Assembly: GCA_029258795.1 (NCBI GenBank)
Contig: JAPDKB010000002.1
Location: 64,001-128,000, forward strand
DNA: 64,000 nucleotides
Source of the DNA: an archaeon
GTDB lineage: Archaea > EX4484-52 > WAPT01
Reading direction: 5' to 3'
Positions within the stretch are counted from its first letter, which is position 1. The number at the start of each line of letters is the position of its first letter. The position numbers and the translations under genes were made by a program. The notes beneath the pieces were generated by a model, which was given only the letters and a program-made list of their open reading frames with translations, had not been told where the DNA came from and did not search any database. This document shows, one piece after another, positions 48,383 through 57,363 of the stretch.

Positions 48383-49432
48383 TTACAATATGATGCTGAA
48401 TATCTTTTCCATAACCTTTATCGTGCCATAATATATGCTGAGCGAAAGGATTATGAAGGGAGGTATGTATTTTATTGCCTCTTTTGCAGAACCGTTCTGA
48501 ATTATGGAAATCAGTATGCTGGCGAATATTATGTTTATGACCAAACAGAGAATGGAGAAAATGGAAAAGCTATGGACATCCAGCTGAACAGGTTTCATGG
48601 TTATGAACCCTCCTCCCAAGAATTGAGACGCTTCCTCCCCTATGGTTACACCACCCCACACAGACGTTGTGGTGGATAACAACACATTAGAAATCGCGAA
48701 AAGAAATGGAGCTGCTATGACTCCTGCTATGAATATAAACATCATGTACATGGAAACATTCGACCTTATTTCCCGCTGGAGCACCTCAGCAGTCCTTAAA
48801 TCGTTGGCAGTTTCCTCAAGCAAATTTGCTATTGTTCCACCTGATTTTATACCTTCAAGCAGCAGTTTTACTGTTCTTTCAAGGGATACAGATTTTACTC
48901 TATTAACCAGTTTTTTAAACGCCGTGCCGACATCCTCTCCTCCATAAATCTCGAATGCGACCTTCTTAAACTCCTGGGCAAGCTCCCCAAACTCGGGACG
49001 GGAAGCGAAAAGAATGGCACGGTCTATGGTAAGCCCTGACTTTATGTTGGCCGCTATCAGCATCAGGATGTCGGGAAGCACCGCTTCCATCCTTTTTCTT
49101 CTCCCCTCAGCCATGTAGGTGAAGAGAAGGTAAGGTAGGTAGTATCCGAAGGGAAGCATGATGAATGAAGGAATCAGGGCAAGATGAATCGGTACATGAA
49201 ATGTAACGAAAAGAACAGCACTTTCTATCAATCCCACGAGCCACATTATGAGAATTAAAGCTCCACAAAAAACACTTTTATCTCCCTCTATCCCCGCATA
49301 TATTTTTTCTTTTTCAATCTTTTTCCTGTATTTTCTTGGCAGATAAGAGTAGAAGGTGTACGCTATATCCTTTAAATTCTGTTTTACATTCAATTTCCTT
49401 ATCTTCCTGTGTGTGAATTTCAATTGCTTCAT
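48383..49432 (-). CDS. TadC/FlaJ-like T2SSF pilus platform protein
   Basis: LPDILMLIAANIKSG, EFGELAQE and SGGTIANLLEETA motifs; TMs. Confidence 0.9.
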   Translation of the reverse strand: MKQLKFTHRKIRKLNVKQNLKDIAYTFYSYLPRKYRKKIEKEKIYAGIEGDKSVFCGALILIMWLVGLIESAVLFVTFHVPIHLALIPSFIMLPFGYYLPYLLFTYMAEGRRKRMEAVLPDILMLIAANIKSGLTIDRAILFASRPEFGELAQEFKKVAFEIYGGEDVGTAFKKLVNRVKSVSLERTVKLLLEGIKSGGTIANLLEETANDLRTAEVLQREIRSNVSMYMMFIFIAGVIAAPFLFAISNVLLSTTTSVWGGVTIGEEASQFLGGGFITMKPVQLDVHSFSIFSILCLVINIIFASILISIIQNGSAKEAIKYIPPFIILSLSIYYGTIKVMEKIFSIIL

Positions 49433-50292
49433 ATTTTCACCGATGGACGTTTACTTCTAACCACCTGAACGAACATGTACTGAAAGACGAGCAGGGTGAA
49501 CAAACCCACCGCAAGCATACTCTTATCCACCACCAAACCGACAAATGATGAAAGTATCATGAGGAAAGTTATGCCCAGCGAAGGCACGATTATCCCGAAC
49601 ATCATGTACATCAGGGTCCATGGGTTGAGTTCCTGTCCGTATTTCTTTATCGCGATGAGCTGCTCTTTCAAAATTTCATCCACCACTGCTTCAAGCGATT
49701 TGGTGAGGTCTGCTCCGGTCTTCACGGCAGTGAGCAGCTGCCACAGAGCCCTTCTTAAAGGGAGAGACGGATTTTTGGATATGCTGTCCTCAAGCGCTTC
49801 CACCTGACTCTTACCGGCATTTATGTTCTCGATTATATGTCTGAACTCCTTTGACGCTTCTCCATACCCTTCGGAGACGGCAACCATGGCATGGTAGAGA
49901 GGCACACCCGCTTTAACCTGAATCAGCAAATGCCTCAGAGCGTAGGGGAGATCCTCCTCTATCTTTCTGCCGCGCTTTCTCACGAGGAGTCGTGGATAGT
50001 AAAGTGAGGAATAGAAGTTGACCAGAAAAAATAGAGGATATGAAATTAACCCCACTTTTATGATGAGGTTATCCTGCATTATAATTCCTCCAAGCAGAAT
50101 GATGGTGCCAATCATGAATGAAGTATATACACCTTTGTAAAGCGAGACGGCTATATGCTCAACCAAATTAAGCTTTGATCTGGCTTTGACGAGATCGGCA
50201 TTGAGATGAAAGAGGGATGGCTCGAGCTTCTTTGCAAGCGGAAAGAACTTCCTCGCTTTTTTGAGCATTATCTCATCATCGACACGAGGCAT
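49429..50292 (-). CDS. TadB-like T2SSF pilus platform protein
   Basis: LPYALRHLLIQVKAGVPL, YGEASKEF and KYGQELNP motifs. Confidence 0.9.
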   Translation of the reverse strand: MPRVDDEIMLKKARKFFPLAKKLEPSLFHLNADLVKARSKLNLVEHIAVSLYKGVYTSFMIGTIILLGGIIMQDNLIIKVGLISYPLFFLVNFYSSLYYPRLLVRKRGRKIEEDLPYALRHLLIQVKAGVPLYHAMVAVSEGYGEASKEFRHIIENINAGKSQVEALEDSISKNPSLPLRRALWQLLTAVKTGADLTKSLEAVVDEILKEQLIAIKKYGQELNPWTLMYMMFGIIVPSLGITFLMILSSFVGLVVDKSMLAVGLFTLLVFQYMFVQVVRSKRPSVKI

Positions 50293-50298
50293 CGCACA

Positions 50299-51864
50299 TC
50301 ACAGCGCTATAATTTTGAGTTCTTCAAGCAGGTCTTCGTCCAGAAGCACTCTTGGGTCTTCATCTTTCTGTGCCATCCTCACTATTTCCTCTTCATTTCT
50401 GTAGTATTCTGCCGTTATCTTGCCTATGGTGTTCACGGTTTTAATTCCATGTTTTTTCAACCACTCCAGAATCATCACTTTCTTTCGTATGTCTTCATCA
50501 ATTTCTCGCTCAGTTAAGCCGGTGTAAAGATTTATCTCTCTGTAAATGCGCCAGCATTTGTTGAGCCGCTTAAAGGTATCATTTCCAGCATTCCATCTAT
50601 AAATCACATTAAGACCAAGTTCCTTATCACCCGGCATTATCTCAACCATTTCCAGAGTTTTTCTAACTCCCAACCTCCTGTGACGGAACTGCACAACTAT
50701 CATGTGCAGAGCACTGAGTATGGAGGGTGGCAGTTCCATGGGGGGATTTGTGAGTCTTTTCACAACCTCCTCAGCCCTGTCTCCATGGAAGGTGGCGTAA
50801 GCGCTGTGACCCGTCCTTATGGCTTCAAACATGACTTCTGCTTCCTCCTTCCTCCTTATTTCTCCTATGACTATTCTATCCGGTCTCATTCTGAGAGCGT
50901 TTACAAGAAGGTCGAGCATGGTCACAGCACCTTTACCTTCAGGGTTTGCTTCTCTGCTGGAGAACGGAACCCAGTGCAGGAATCTGGGGAGATTTATCTC
51001 TCTCGTGTCCTCTATGGAGATTATTCTCTGATTTGGTGGAATGAATGGCAAGAGTGTTGAGAGCATAGACGTTTTACCTGAAGCTGTTCCACCAGCGACT
51101 ATGATGTTCATCTCGTACTGCATGGCAAGCCAGAGCATAGCAGCCATTTCAGCAGAAAGCGTGTTGTTTTCCACAAGATGTATGATGGTCCAGGGCGATC
51201 GGGAGAATTTTCGGATGGTCAGGGTGTTGCCATGAGTGGAGATGGGAAAAAGAGTGGCATTAACCCTGTCTCCTGTGGGTAGATAAGCGTCCATGAGCGG
51301 ATGGAGGTTGGTTATTTGCCTCCCAACTCTCCTGCCTATGGCTGAAGCGTAATTGTAGATTTTCTCCTCACTGTCCACATACAGGTTGGTTTTCAACCAC
51401 CCGTACTTTTTGTGGTACACCCATACCGGCTCTTTGGAGGAGTTAACAACTATTTCTTCCAGATGAGGGTCAGCTATGAAGAACTCTATATCCTCCAAAC
51501 CCAACATCTCATGAATCAAGCTGCCCGCAAGAATATTCTTTTCTCTTTCCGAAAGGGTGGGGAGGTAGCTTTCTATCATTTCAAGGGCTTTAGCTCTAAA
51601 CCTCTTTTTCAGGTTTGTAACCGCGCCGGGGTCCACGAATTCTTTGGTGGATATCTCCACCATCTTTATGAGCTCTTCCCTTATAGCATTCAATATGGCT
51701 TTGGTCGCAACATCTATTTTGGGGCTTTTGAGAATGTACATTGGCACGTATTCGGATATGGACTCAACTATCTCCACTTCCGCTTCCACTCCATCCGCTT
51801 CCACTTTATAACTCTCAATGACTCTGATATCCTCCTTTGGCTTGCTTTTGGAAGTGCGAACCAT
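50299..51864 (-). CDS. TadA/CpaF/FlaI-type pilus assembly ATPase
   Basis: GDRVNAT, TIRKF, GGTASGKTS, SIEDTRE, ALRMRPDRIVIGEIR and TGH motifs. Confidence 0.95.
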   Translation of the reverse strand: MVRTSKSKPKEDIRVIESYKVEADGVEAEVEIVESISEYVPMYILKSPKIDVATKAILNAIREELIKMVEISTKEFVDPGAVTNLKKRFRAKALEMIESYLPTLSEREKNILAGSLIHEMLGLEDIEFFIADPHLEEIVVNSSKEPVWVYHKKYGWLKTNLYVDSEEKIYNYASAIGRRVGRQITNLHPLMDAYLPTGDRVNATLFPISTHGNTLTIRKFSRSPWTIIHLVENNTLSAEMAAMLWLAMQYEMNIIVAGGTASGKTSMLSTLLPFIPPNQRIISIEDTREINLPRFLHWVPFSSREANPEGKGAVTMLDLLVNALRMRPDRIVIGEIRRKEEAEVMFEAIRTGHSAYATFHGDRAEEVVKRLTNPPMELPPSILSALHMIVVQFRHRRLGVRKTLEMVEIMPGDKELGLNVIYRWNAGNDTFKRLNKCWRIYREINLYTGLTEREIDEDIRKKVMILEWLKKHGIKTVNTIGKITAEYYRNEEEIVRMAQKDEDPRVLLDEDLLEELKIIAL

Positions 51865-51926
51865 GATTCAGAATATGTTTGCGCTCCTATATTAATGTTT
51901 CTCAATCCTGTTTCAAGAATCCGGAT

Positions 51927-52514
51927 TTACACCTTCCTTTTATCTCCAATTACGGATGAGCATTTGAGATACCACACATACCAATAAGCTATCACCACTG
52001 CCGTGAGCCCCCACCTCCATAGATGGATGTGGACAACATCCATGAGGTCTGTGCCGTATTTTATGCCCACCATTATGGTTGTGACGAGGCGCATGATATT
52101 CATTACAAATATGATCAGCGCTCCACCGAGTATTCCAGCCAACCTGTGCTCCCATCTCACTCTGGGAGATGCGATTATTAATCCGAAAATGGCCAGAAAG
52201 GATTTCCAGCCCACACAGTCCCGTATTATCTCAACAGAAACGCCGGAAGCATGCACAATTACTCCATTCGCTATGGCTGCATAACCAACCAGATTGAGCA
52301 CATGAGCCACACATCCAGCAACGATTTCCTGAAGCCAGGTCATATCGACGTTCATCCACAGAAGAAAATGGAGCAAGCCAGCGGTCATTGTGAACTTAAT
52401 CAAAAATATGAGCACCTCATACAGCTTTTTGTCTCGCTCACTCAGATTTTCCACAAACTTTCGTTCTTTCTTTTTGAGCTTCCGAAACGTTTTCAAGAGA
52501 ATATTTGAGCGCAT
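51927..52514 (-). CDS. Archaeosortase/exosortase family protein
   Basis: Catalytic-type Cys (IIRDCVGW), Arg (NIMRL) and His (VVHIHLW) in a multi-TM protein. Confidence 0.82.
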   Translation of the reverse strand: MRSNILLKTFRKLKKKERKFVENLSERDKKLYEVLIFLIKFTMTAGLLHFLLWMNVDMTWLQEIVAGCVAHVLNLVGYAAIANGVIVHASGVSVEIIRDCVGWKSFLAIFGLIIASPRVRWEHRLAGILGGALIIFVMNIMRLVTTIMVGIKYGTDLMDVVHIHLWRWGLTAVVIAYWYVWYLKCSSVIGDKRKV

Positions 52515-52590
52515 ACAAATATTTTACTTCGAAGAAAACATTAATAATGGTGATCACAAGGAAAGCAGCCTTCTGGGTGCTCAGTTAAAT

Positions 52591-52725
52591 TCAGCTGGCT
52601 ATCATCATTCTTTCTCCACAGCATTCTGGAGGAGAATTGAATGCATGACACTCTCTATGCTCCTCACGCTCCACCGTCTTCCCGCATCTGGTACACACAT
52701 ATTTTCTCTTTTTTACAGCACTCAT
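52591..52725 (-). CDS. 44-aa Zn-ribbon microprotein
   Basis: MSAVKKRKYVCTRCG...PPECCGERM; TTTATATA about 25 nt upstream implies a leaderless transcript. Confidence 0.7.
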   Translation of the reverse strand: MSAVKKRKYVCTRCGKTVEREEHRECHAFNSPPECCGERMMIAS

Positions 52726-52813
52726 ACTGCATAGTAATGCTCTTGCCCGTATATAAAGCTTGGTCTTGATACATCGAGATACCGGAAAATAAAAAATAAG
52801 AGGACTGGAGTGA

Positions 52814-53641
52814 TCACAGCTCCGGCTCTTCCGCGTGATTCCACAGAATTTCGAAGACGCTGTGCGCAAAGTTGCGAGCGAAATGCTCCGAGCCAGTCCA
52901 CAAAGACACTTCCTGTGAGGGGTGTGTATCCTCTCCACTCAAAGTCATGATTGCTCCTTTTCCGTCAGCGATGAACATCTTACCGTAAGGTATCTTTGGC
53001 ATCTTACCCTGCAAGGTGTTCAAATCTTTTATCTCTGCAACACCTTTAAGCATCTCTGCCGCCTTTACATTGTTCGGAGTTATGGGTGCAAGAATTCTTA
53101 TTCTAACTCCCTTGTCAGCAGCTTTTTGCAGAACTCCGGAATGAACATTCACGAGCTCCTTCAACCCCTCTTCTGTGGTTATGATATCCAGAGTTTTTTC
53201 AGCACTTTTAGCCATGTTTTCGAATCTCTGGTAGAGAGCATATCTGCCCTTAAGTGAGCCAGTGAGGTCGGCAGGTTCAACCAAGCTAACACCCTTGGAA
53301 TAGAGGTTCTTAAGCTCTACAAAAGCATCACTCGTCTTGAACTCCTCAATCCTGCTCACCATCTCCTTCAATTCCTCATGCAGCCTTGCCTTAACTCTTT
53401 CAAGAGCTTCCTCCGGCTCGACAGCAACATATTTTATGGGCTTGGAGTGCTGAATAATGACAAAACCCTTTTCAGCAAGGGACTCAAGCACATCATACGT
53501 TCTGGAGCGAGGAACGTTAGAAAGCTCGGCGAGCTCTCCAGCAGTTGCAGCACCTCTCGCAAGAAGAGCGGCATAAAGCTTCCTTTCATAAAGATTCAAA
53601 CCAAGCATTTTCAAAGCATCCATGGCTTTTCTGCTTATCAT
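52814..53641 (-). CDS. TrmB family transcriptional regulator
   Basis: LGLNLYE..YAALL, VPRSRTYDVLESLAEKGFV and PIKYVAV; PLD-like effector domain. Confidence 0.92.
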   Translation of the reverse strand: MISRKAMDALKMLGLNLYERKLYAALLARGAATAGELAELSNVPRSRTYDVLESLAEKGFVIIQHSKPIKYVAVEPEEALERVKARLHEELKEMVSRIEEFKTSDAFVELKNLYSKGVSLVEPADLTGSLKGRYALYQRFENMAKSAEKTLDIITTEEGLKELVNVHSGVLQKAADKGVRIRILAPITPNNVKAAEMLKGVAEIKDLNTLQGKMPKIPYGKMFIADGKGAIMTLSGEDTHPSQEVSLWTGSEHFARNFAHSVFEILWNHAEEPEL

Positions 53642-53842
53642 GCTCTCACCACACCACGCCTCTTTTTATCGTTTTTCATTATTTTTTCCGAAACGAATCT
53701 ATATAAAGATTACCTTTAAAGAGTTGTCCTACAAAGTTCAAACTTGTTGCTCTATATTTTATTGAGACATCTTTTTAAACCTTTCTATTTTCACCACTCA
53801 TAGGTGACTACTCAAGCAACAAGTGAGAGCTTGAAGCTTTCC

Positions 53843-55825
53843 TTACCCGGATCTGTGACGCTGTATCGTGTACAAGTGTTCTATCCTGCCTAATGTATCT
53901 ATCTCCTCAACACTTTTATCGGCGCGTAATCTAACGAATCTGGGGAATCTCAGGGCATAGCCAGAGGTGTAGTGAGGAGATTTTTGGATTTCCTCGTAGC
54001 TGACCTCAACTACCACCTGAGGCATAACCTCCACTTCTTTCCCCTTCTCCTTGATTATTAGCGGTTTGAGCAGATTCGTCATTTCCTCGTATGTTGTGCC
54101 CTCCTCACTCTTTTCTTTCAGACCCGTTGACATCTTGCCCACAGTTAACAGCTCTCCTGTGTCCTCATCTCTACACGCGAGAATGTAAGAGGTGAGCCAT
54201 CCGGAACGCTTACCTTCACCCCATTCCGCACCCACTATAACCAGATCAAGGGTTTCCAGCGTGGTCTTCAGCTTCACCATGTATCCAACTCTTGAGCCGG
54301 GTTTGTAGACCGCATCAAGATTTTTGAACATCACGCCCTCATTTCCGAGATCAAGAGCTTCCTCAAAGAAGCGCTGAGCTTCTTCATCCTTGTCCGTTAT
54401 CAGTTGCTTTGCAAGCACCATAACGTATGGCTCTTCCTTTATTATGCTTTTCAGCAGCTCTCTCCTCTTTCGGAAGGGAAGGTCGATGGTGAGCTCACCC
54501 TCCAGATAAACTATGTCGAAAAGGTTGGTCATCACGGGAATTTCTTTAGCCATCTTCTCTATCTCATACTTTCTCTTTATTCTTCTCGAAATCTTCTGGA
54601 AAGGCAACCACTTCTTCGTTTCCTTATCGTAGCCAATGGTTTCACCCTCTATCACACACCGTTTTGCAGTAACGTGTTTTCTGACCGCTTCAACAACATC
54701 CGGAAACTGCTTTGTGACATCTTCCAGCCTCCTGGTGAATATCTTCACTTTATCTCCATCCTTGTGTATCTGCACCCTGAATCCATCGTACTTGTATTCA
54801 AGTGCTGCTGGTCTCCCCACCATATCAAACGCTTCTCTGACGGAGTAAGCGCGTTGAGCGAGCATGACCCTTATGGGCCTGAACAGGATCAGCTTGACTC
54901 TCTTTAAGCCATCTTCACCCTCGTTTTTTGCAACCTTTGCCACAAGTGCGAGGTCATTGGTGAGGGCATAAGCCCTCTCAAGCAAATCAATTATTTTCTG
55001 CTTCATCTCGCTTCCCTTCTCAGCCGAAGAAAGGATGAGGATATCCACATTGCTTTTTTTCTTCCACAGTACATCGAGTTTCTCAATTTCCTCCTTACCT
55101 ACAATCTTAACATCATTGTTCTTCAGGAACTCCTGAAACTTGAGGGAACTCATTCTTTCGAGGGAGATGTAAGCACTTTTTTCCACCCACACCATCTTGC
55201 CCTTTTCTTCGAAAAGCGCATCATACCTCTTCTTTCCATCTCCGTATGGTTGAGTAAGTAGGGCTTCCCATATCACATCTGTGAAATAAGCTTTAGCTAT
55301 TCCATCCCTGATTATCCCTTCCGCCACACCAACTCTCAGATCTCCCAGCACAGTCCTAACTATGTACTTCGCTTCAGCGGGAGAAGCGTGTATTAGAAGC
55401 TCGGATATGAGCATGATCTTCCTTTCCTGCGAGCCCCCCCCCTCCAGCTGCGCCGCTTTTTTCAAATTCTCAAACACCTTATCCACGCTCAGCTCCTGCC
55501 TGAATAATGTCACCTGCTTTCTGCGAGAAGCCAATTCCTCCACTATCAAACCCAGATCTCCCTTTTCCTTCCATTTTGCCTCAATTTCACTCTCACTCAC
55601 GCCGTAAGCCCTTGACACCGCCCTTATAGTCAGCTTGGTGGCAACGCCTATCTCTTCTTCACTCCATGGAGGAAACACCGTGCCCATTATCAGCAGTATG
55701 GATTTTTCAAGAAGGTCATCCTCCTCTATTTTTTCCAAAAATCTTGCAAGAATTTCGGTTTTTTTTATCTTGGAAGTTGTAGATGCCAACGCATCGTACA
55801 GCTTCACGAACTCAGCGTACTTCAT
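53843..55825 (-). CDS. lig: ATP-dependent DNA ligase with an extra internal segment
   Basis: EYKYDGFR, EGVMFK, LDLVIVGAEWGEGKR and LRFPRF motifs; QVTLF PIP-like motif. Confidence 0.96.
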   Translation of the reverse strand: MKYAEFVKLYDALASTTSKIKKTEILARFLEKIEEDDLLEKSILLIMGTVFPPWSEEEIGVATKLTIRAVSRAYGVSESEIEAKWKEKGDLGLIVEELASRRKQVTLFRQELSVDKVFENLKKAAQLEGGGSQERKIMLISELLIHASPAEAKYIVRTVLGDLRVGVAEGIIRDGIAKAYFTDVIWEALLTQPYGDGKKRYDALFEEKGKMVWVEKSAYISLERMSSLKFQEFLKNNDVKIVGKEEIEKLDVLWKKKSNVDILILSSAEKGSEMKQKIIDLLERAYALTNDLALVAKVAKNEGEDGLKRVKLILFRPIRVMLAQRAYSVREAFDMVGRPAALEYKYDGFRVQIHKDGDKVKIFTRRLEDVTKQFPDVVEAVRKHVTAKRCVIEGETIGYDKETKKWLPFQKISRRIKRKYEIEKMAKEIPVMTNLFDIVYLEGELTIDLPFRKRRELLKSIIKEEPYVMVLAKQLITDKDEEAQRFFEEALDLGNEGVMFKNLDAVYKPGSRVGYMVKLKTTLETLDLVIVGAEWGEGKRSGWLTSYILACRDEDTGELLTVGKMSTGLKEKSEEGTTYEEMTNLLKPLIIKEKGKEVEVMPQVVVEVSYEEIQKSPHYTSGYALRFPRFVRLRADKSVEEIDTLGRIEHLYTIQRHRSG

Positions 55826-55893
55826 GAAAGGAATTTGTGCGGTGGAATTTTAAATAAGTTAAAACAAGAGAATCGGAAAAGCGCTTGTGGGTT

Positions 55894-56790
55894 TTATCTT
55901 TTGCTGCGTTTTTCCCTATCACCGAGAATGGTGCTCACAACTTCAAATGGCAGGAGGAATATAACTTTCTGGTTTGGATCGCTTGCAGTATCCGCAAGGG
56001 TGTGCAGCGTTCTCAAATGCAGAGCTTCAGGAACGCTTGCTATCTTCTTTCCAGCTTTCACAAGATTCTCGGCAGCTTTAACCTCACCCTCTGACTTTAT
56101 GATCACCGCTCTCTTCTCCCTTTCCGCCTCTGCCTGCCTTGCCATGGCCCTTCTCATTTCCTCCGGTAATTCTATGTCCTGAAGCCTCACACCAGTGACA
56201 TCTATACCCCAATCATCCGTGATCTCATCCACAACCTTTCTTATCTCTTCAGCAATCTCATCCCTCTTCTGCAGAACGTCATCCAGCTCTTTACCGCCTA
56301 TCACATCCCTCAGCACGGTCTGGGAGTACATCATGGTAGCGTATTTATAATCTTCCACATTCAGCACGGCTTTGTCTGGATACTGCACCCTGAAGAACAC
56401 GGTTGCGTTTATTTTTACAGGCACGTTGTCCTTGGTTATCACTTCCTGCTTGGGCAGGTCAATTGTCTGTATTCTCATATCGATTTTGCGAAGGTTCTGG
56501 ATGATCGGCGCGACCCACACCAGCCCGGCATCAAGCAAACCCTTATACTTACCAAGGGTGAATATCACACCCTTCTCGTACTGATAGATTATTTTGATAC
56601 CTGCTAGGGCATACAGGACTATGAGAATCCCAACAATAATCGCTTTCCCACCTATAGCAAATATAAGCGCTATGCCAACAAGAAGCAAAATTAAGAACGC
56701 GCTCATTTGAAGTGTGTTTTTGTACGCCATAAGCTCTTTAGGGGAGCTTAATTTTATATGTTTTTTCAGGATGGGAAAAACGGTCATCAT
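55894..56790 (-). CDS. SPFH/stomatin (band 7) family protein
   Basis: QEVITKDNV, QTVLRDVIG and MARQAEAEREKRA motifs. Confidence 0.92.
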   Translation of the reverse strand: MMTVFPILKKHIKLSSPKELMAYKNTLQMSAFLILLLVGIALIFAIGGKAIIVGILIVLYALAGIKIIYQYEKGVIFTLGKYKGLLDAGLVWVAPIIQNLRKIDMRIQTIDLPKQEVITKDNVPVKINATVFFRVQYPDKAVLNVEDYKYATMMYSQTVLRDVIGGKELDDVLQKRDEIAEEIRKVVDEITDDWGIDVTGVRLQDIELPEEMRRAMARQAEAEREKRAVIIKSEGEVKAAENLVKAGKKIASVPEALHLRTLHTLADTASDPNQKVIFLLPFEVVSTILGDREKRSKR

Positions 56791-56872
56791 GACGGAAAAC
56801 TTGATTATGGAGGCGTTTCTAATTGAAATTTTTTAATAAATGACAATATATAGTGTAAACGTGGGTGAAAAA

Positions 56873-57205
56873 ATGGATGATGAAATTAGATTTAAAGATT
56901 CGAGACGCGAAACGAAAGAATCAAGGTATAAATTCGCAAAATACGCTTTTCCAATAAGTGCTCTTCCTATAGGTGTGGCAGCGGAAGTTGTATGGCTCAA
57001 GGTACTTGGTGAAATGAACTATGAACCAGAAATTCTGGGGTACGTTCAAGAAATAATACCATTATTTGATCCGCTTACAGGAATTGGAATGATGATAATA
57101 GGAATTGGAACAGGACTGGGTGCAGAAAGGGCTTACAAATATTTTGACAGAAAGGAGAAAGAAGCGAAATACCACGAAAACCTAATGGACCGCTACGATT
57201 ACTGA
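56873..57205 (+). CDS. Small two-TM hypothetical protein
   Basis: GGTGA RBS; GIGMMIIGIGTGLG glycine-zipper TM; AT-richer than its neighbours. Confidence 0.6.
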   Translation: MDDEIRFKDSRRETKESRYKFAKYAFPISALPIGVAAEVVWLKVLGEMNYEPEILGYVQEIIPLFDPLTGIGMMIIGIGTGLGAERAYKYFDRKEKEAKYHENLMDRYDY

Positions 57206-57300
57206 GGTCAAGTCTCGAGTATGGATGAGCCCACAATCTTACTCATCTACACTTCAATTCTTAAAGTCAATAACAAGAACAAGTCCAAAAAACAATTGGT

Positions 57301-57355
57301 TGCGGGCGCGTCCTTGGATGCGACCGGGGAGAAGAAAAAAGCGGACGCGCCCACA
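57301..57355 (-). terminator. GC-rich stem-loop just 3' of ftsZ
   Basis: On the minus strand TGTGGGCGCGTCC pairs with GGACGCGCCCGCA (13 bp, one G-U), followed by TTGTTTTTT. Confidence 0.5.
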
Positions 57356-57363
57356 CGATCTGT

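Noticed and set aside
53789-53810. TCACC-N7-GGTGA inverted repeat as a TrmB operator
   Set aside because: The arms are only 5 bp, the spacing differs from the TATCAC-N5-GTGATA TrmBL1 motif, and GGTGA is common as an RBS-like word.
54992-55282. Intein in DNA ligase (RFC, Cdc6, HerA and TadA also checked)
   Set aside because: No Cys/Ser start, no His-Asn end and no LAGLIDADG motifs; the other proteins are normal length.
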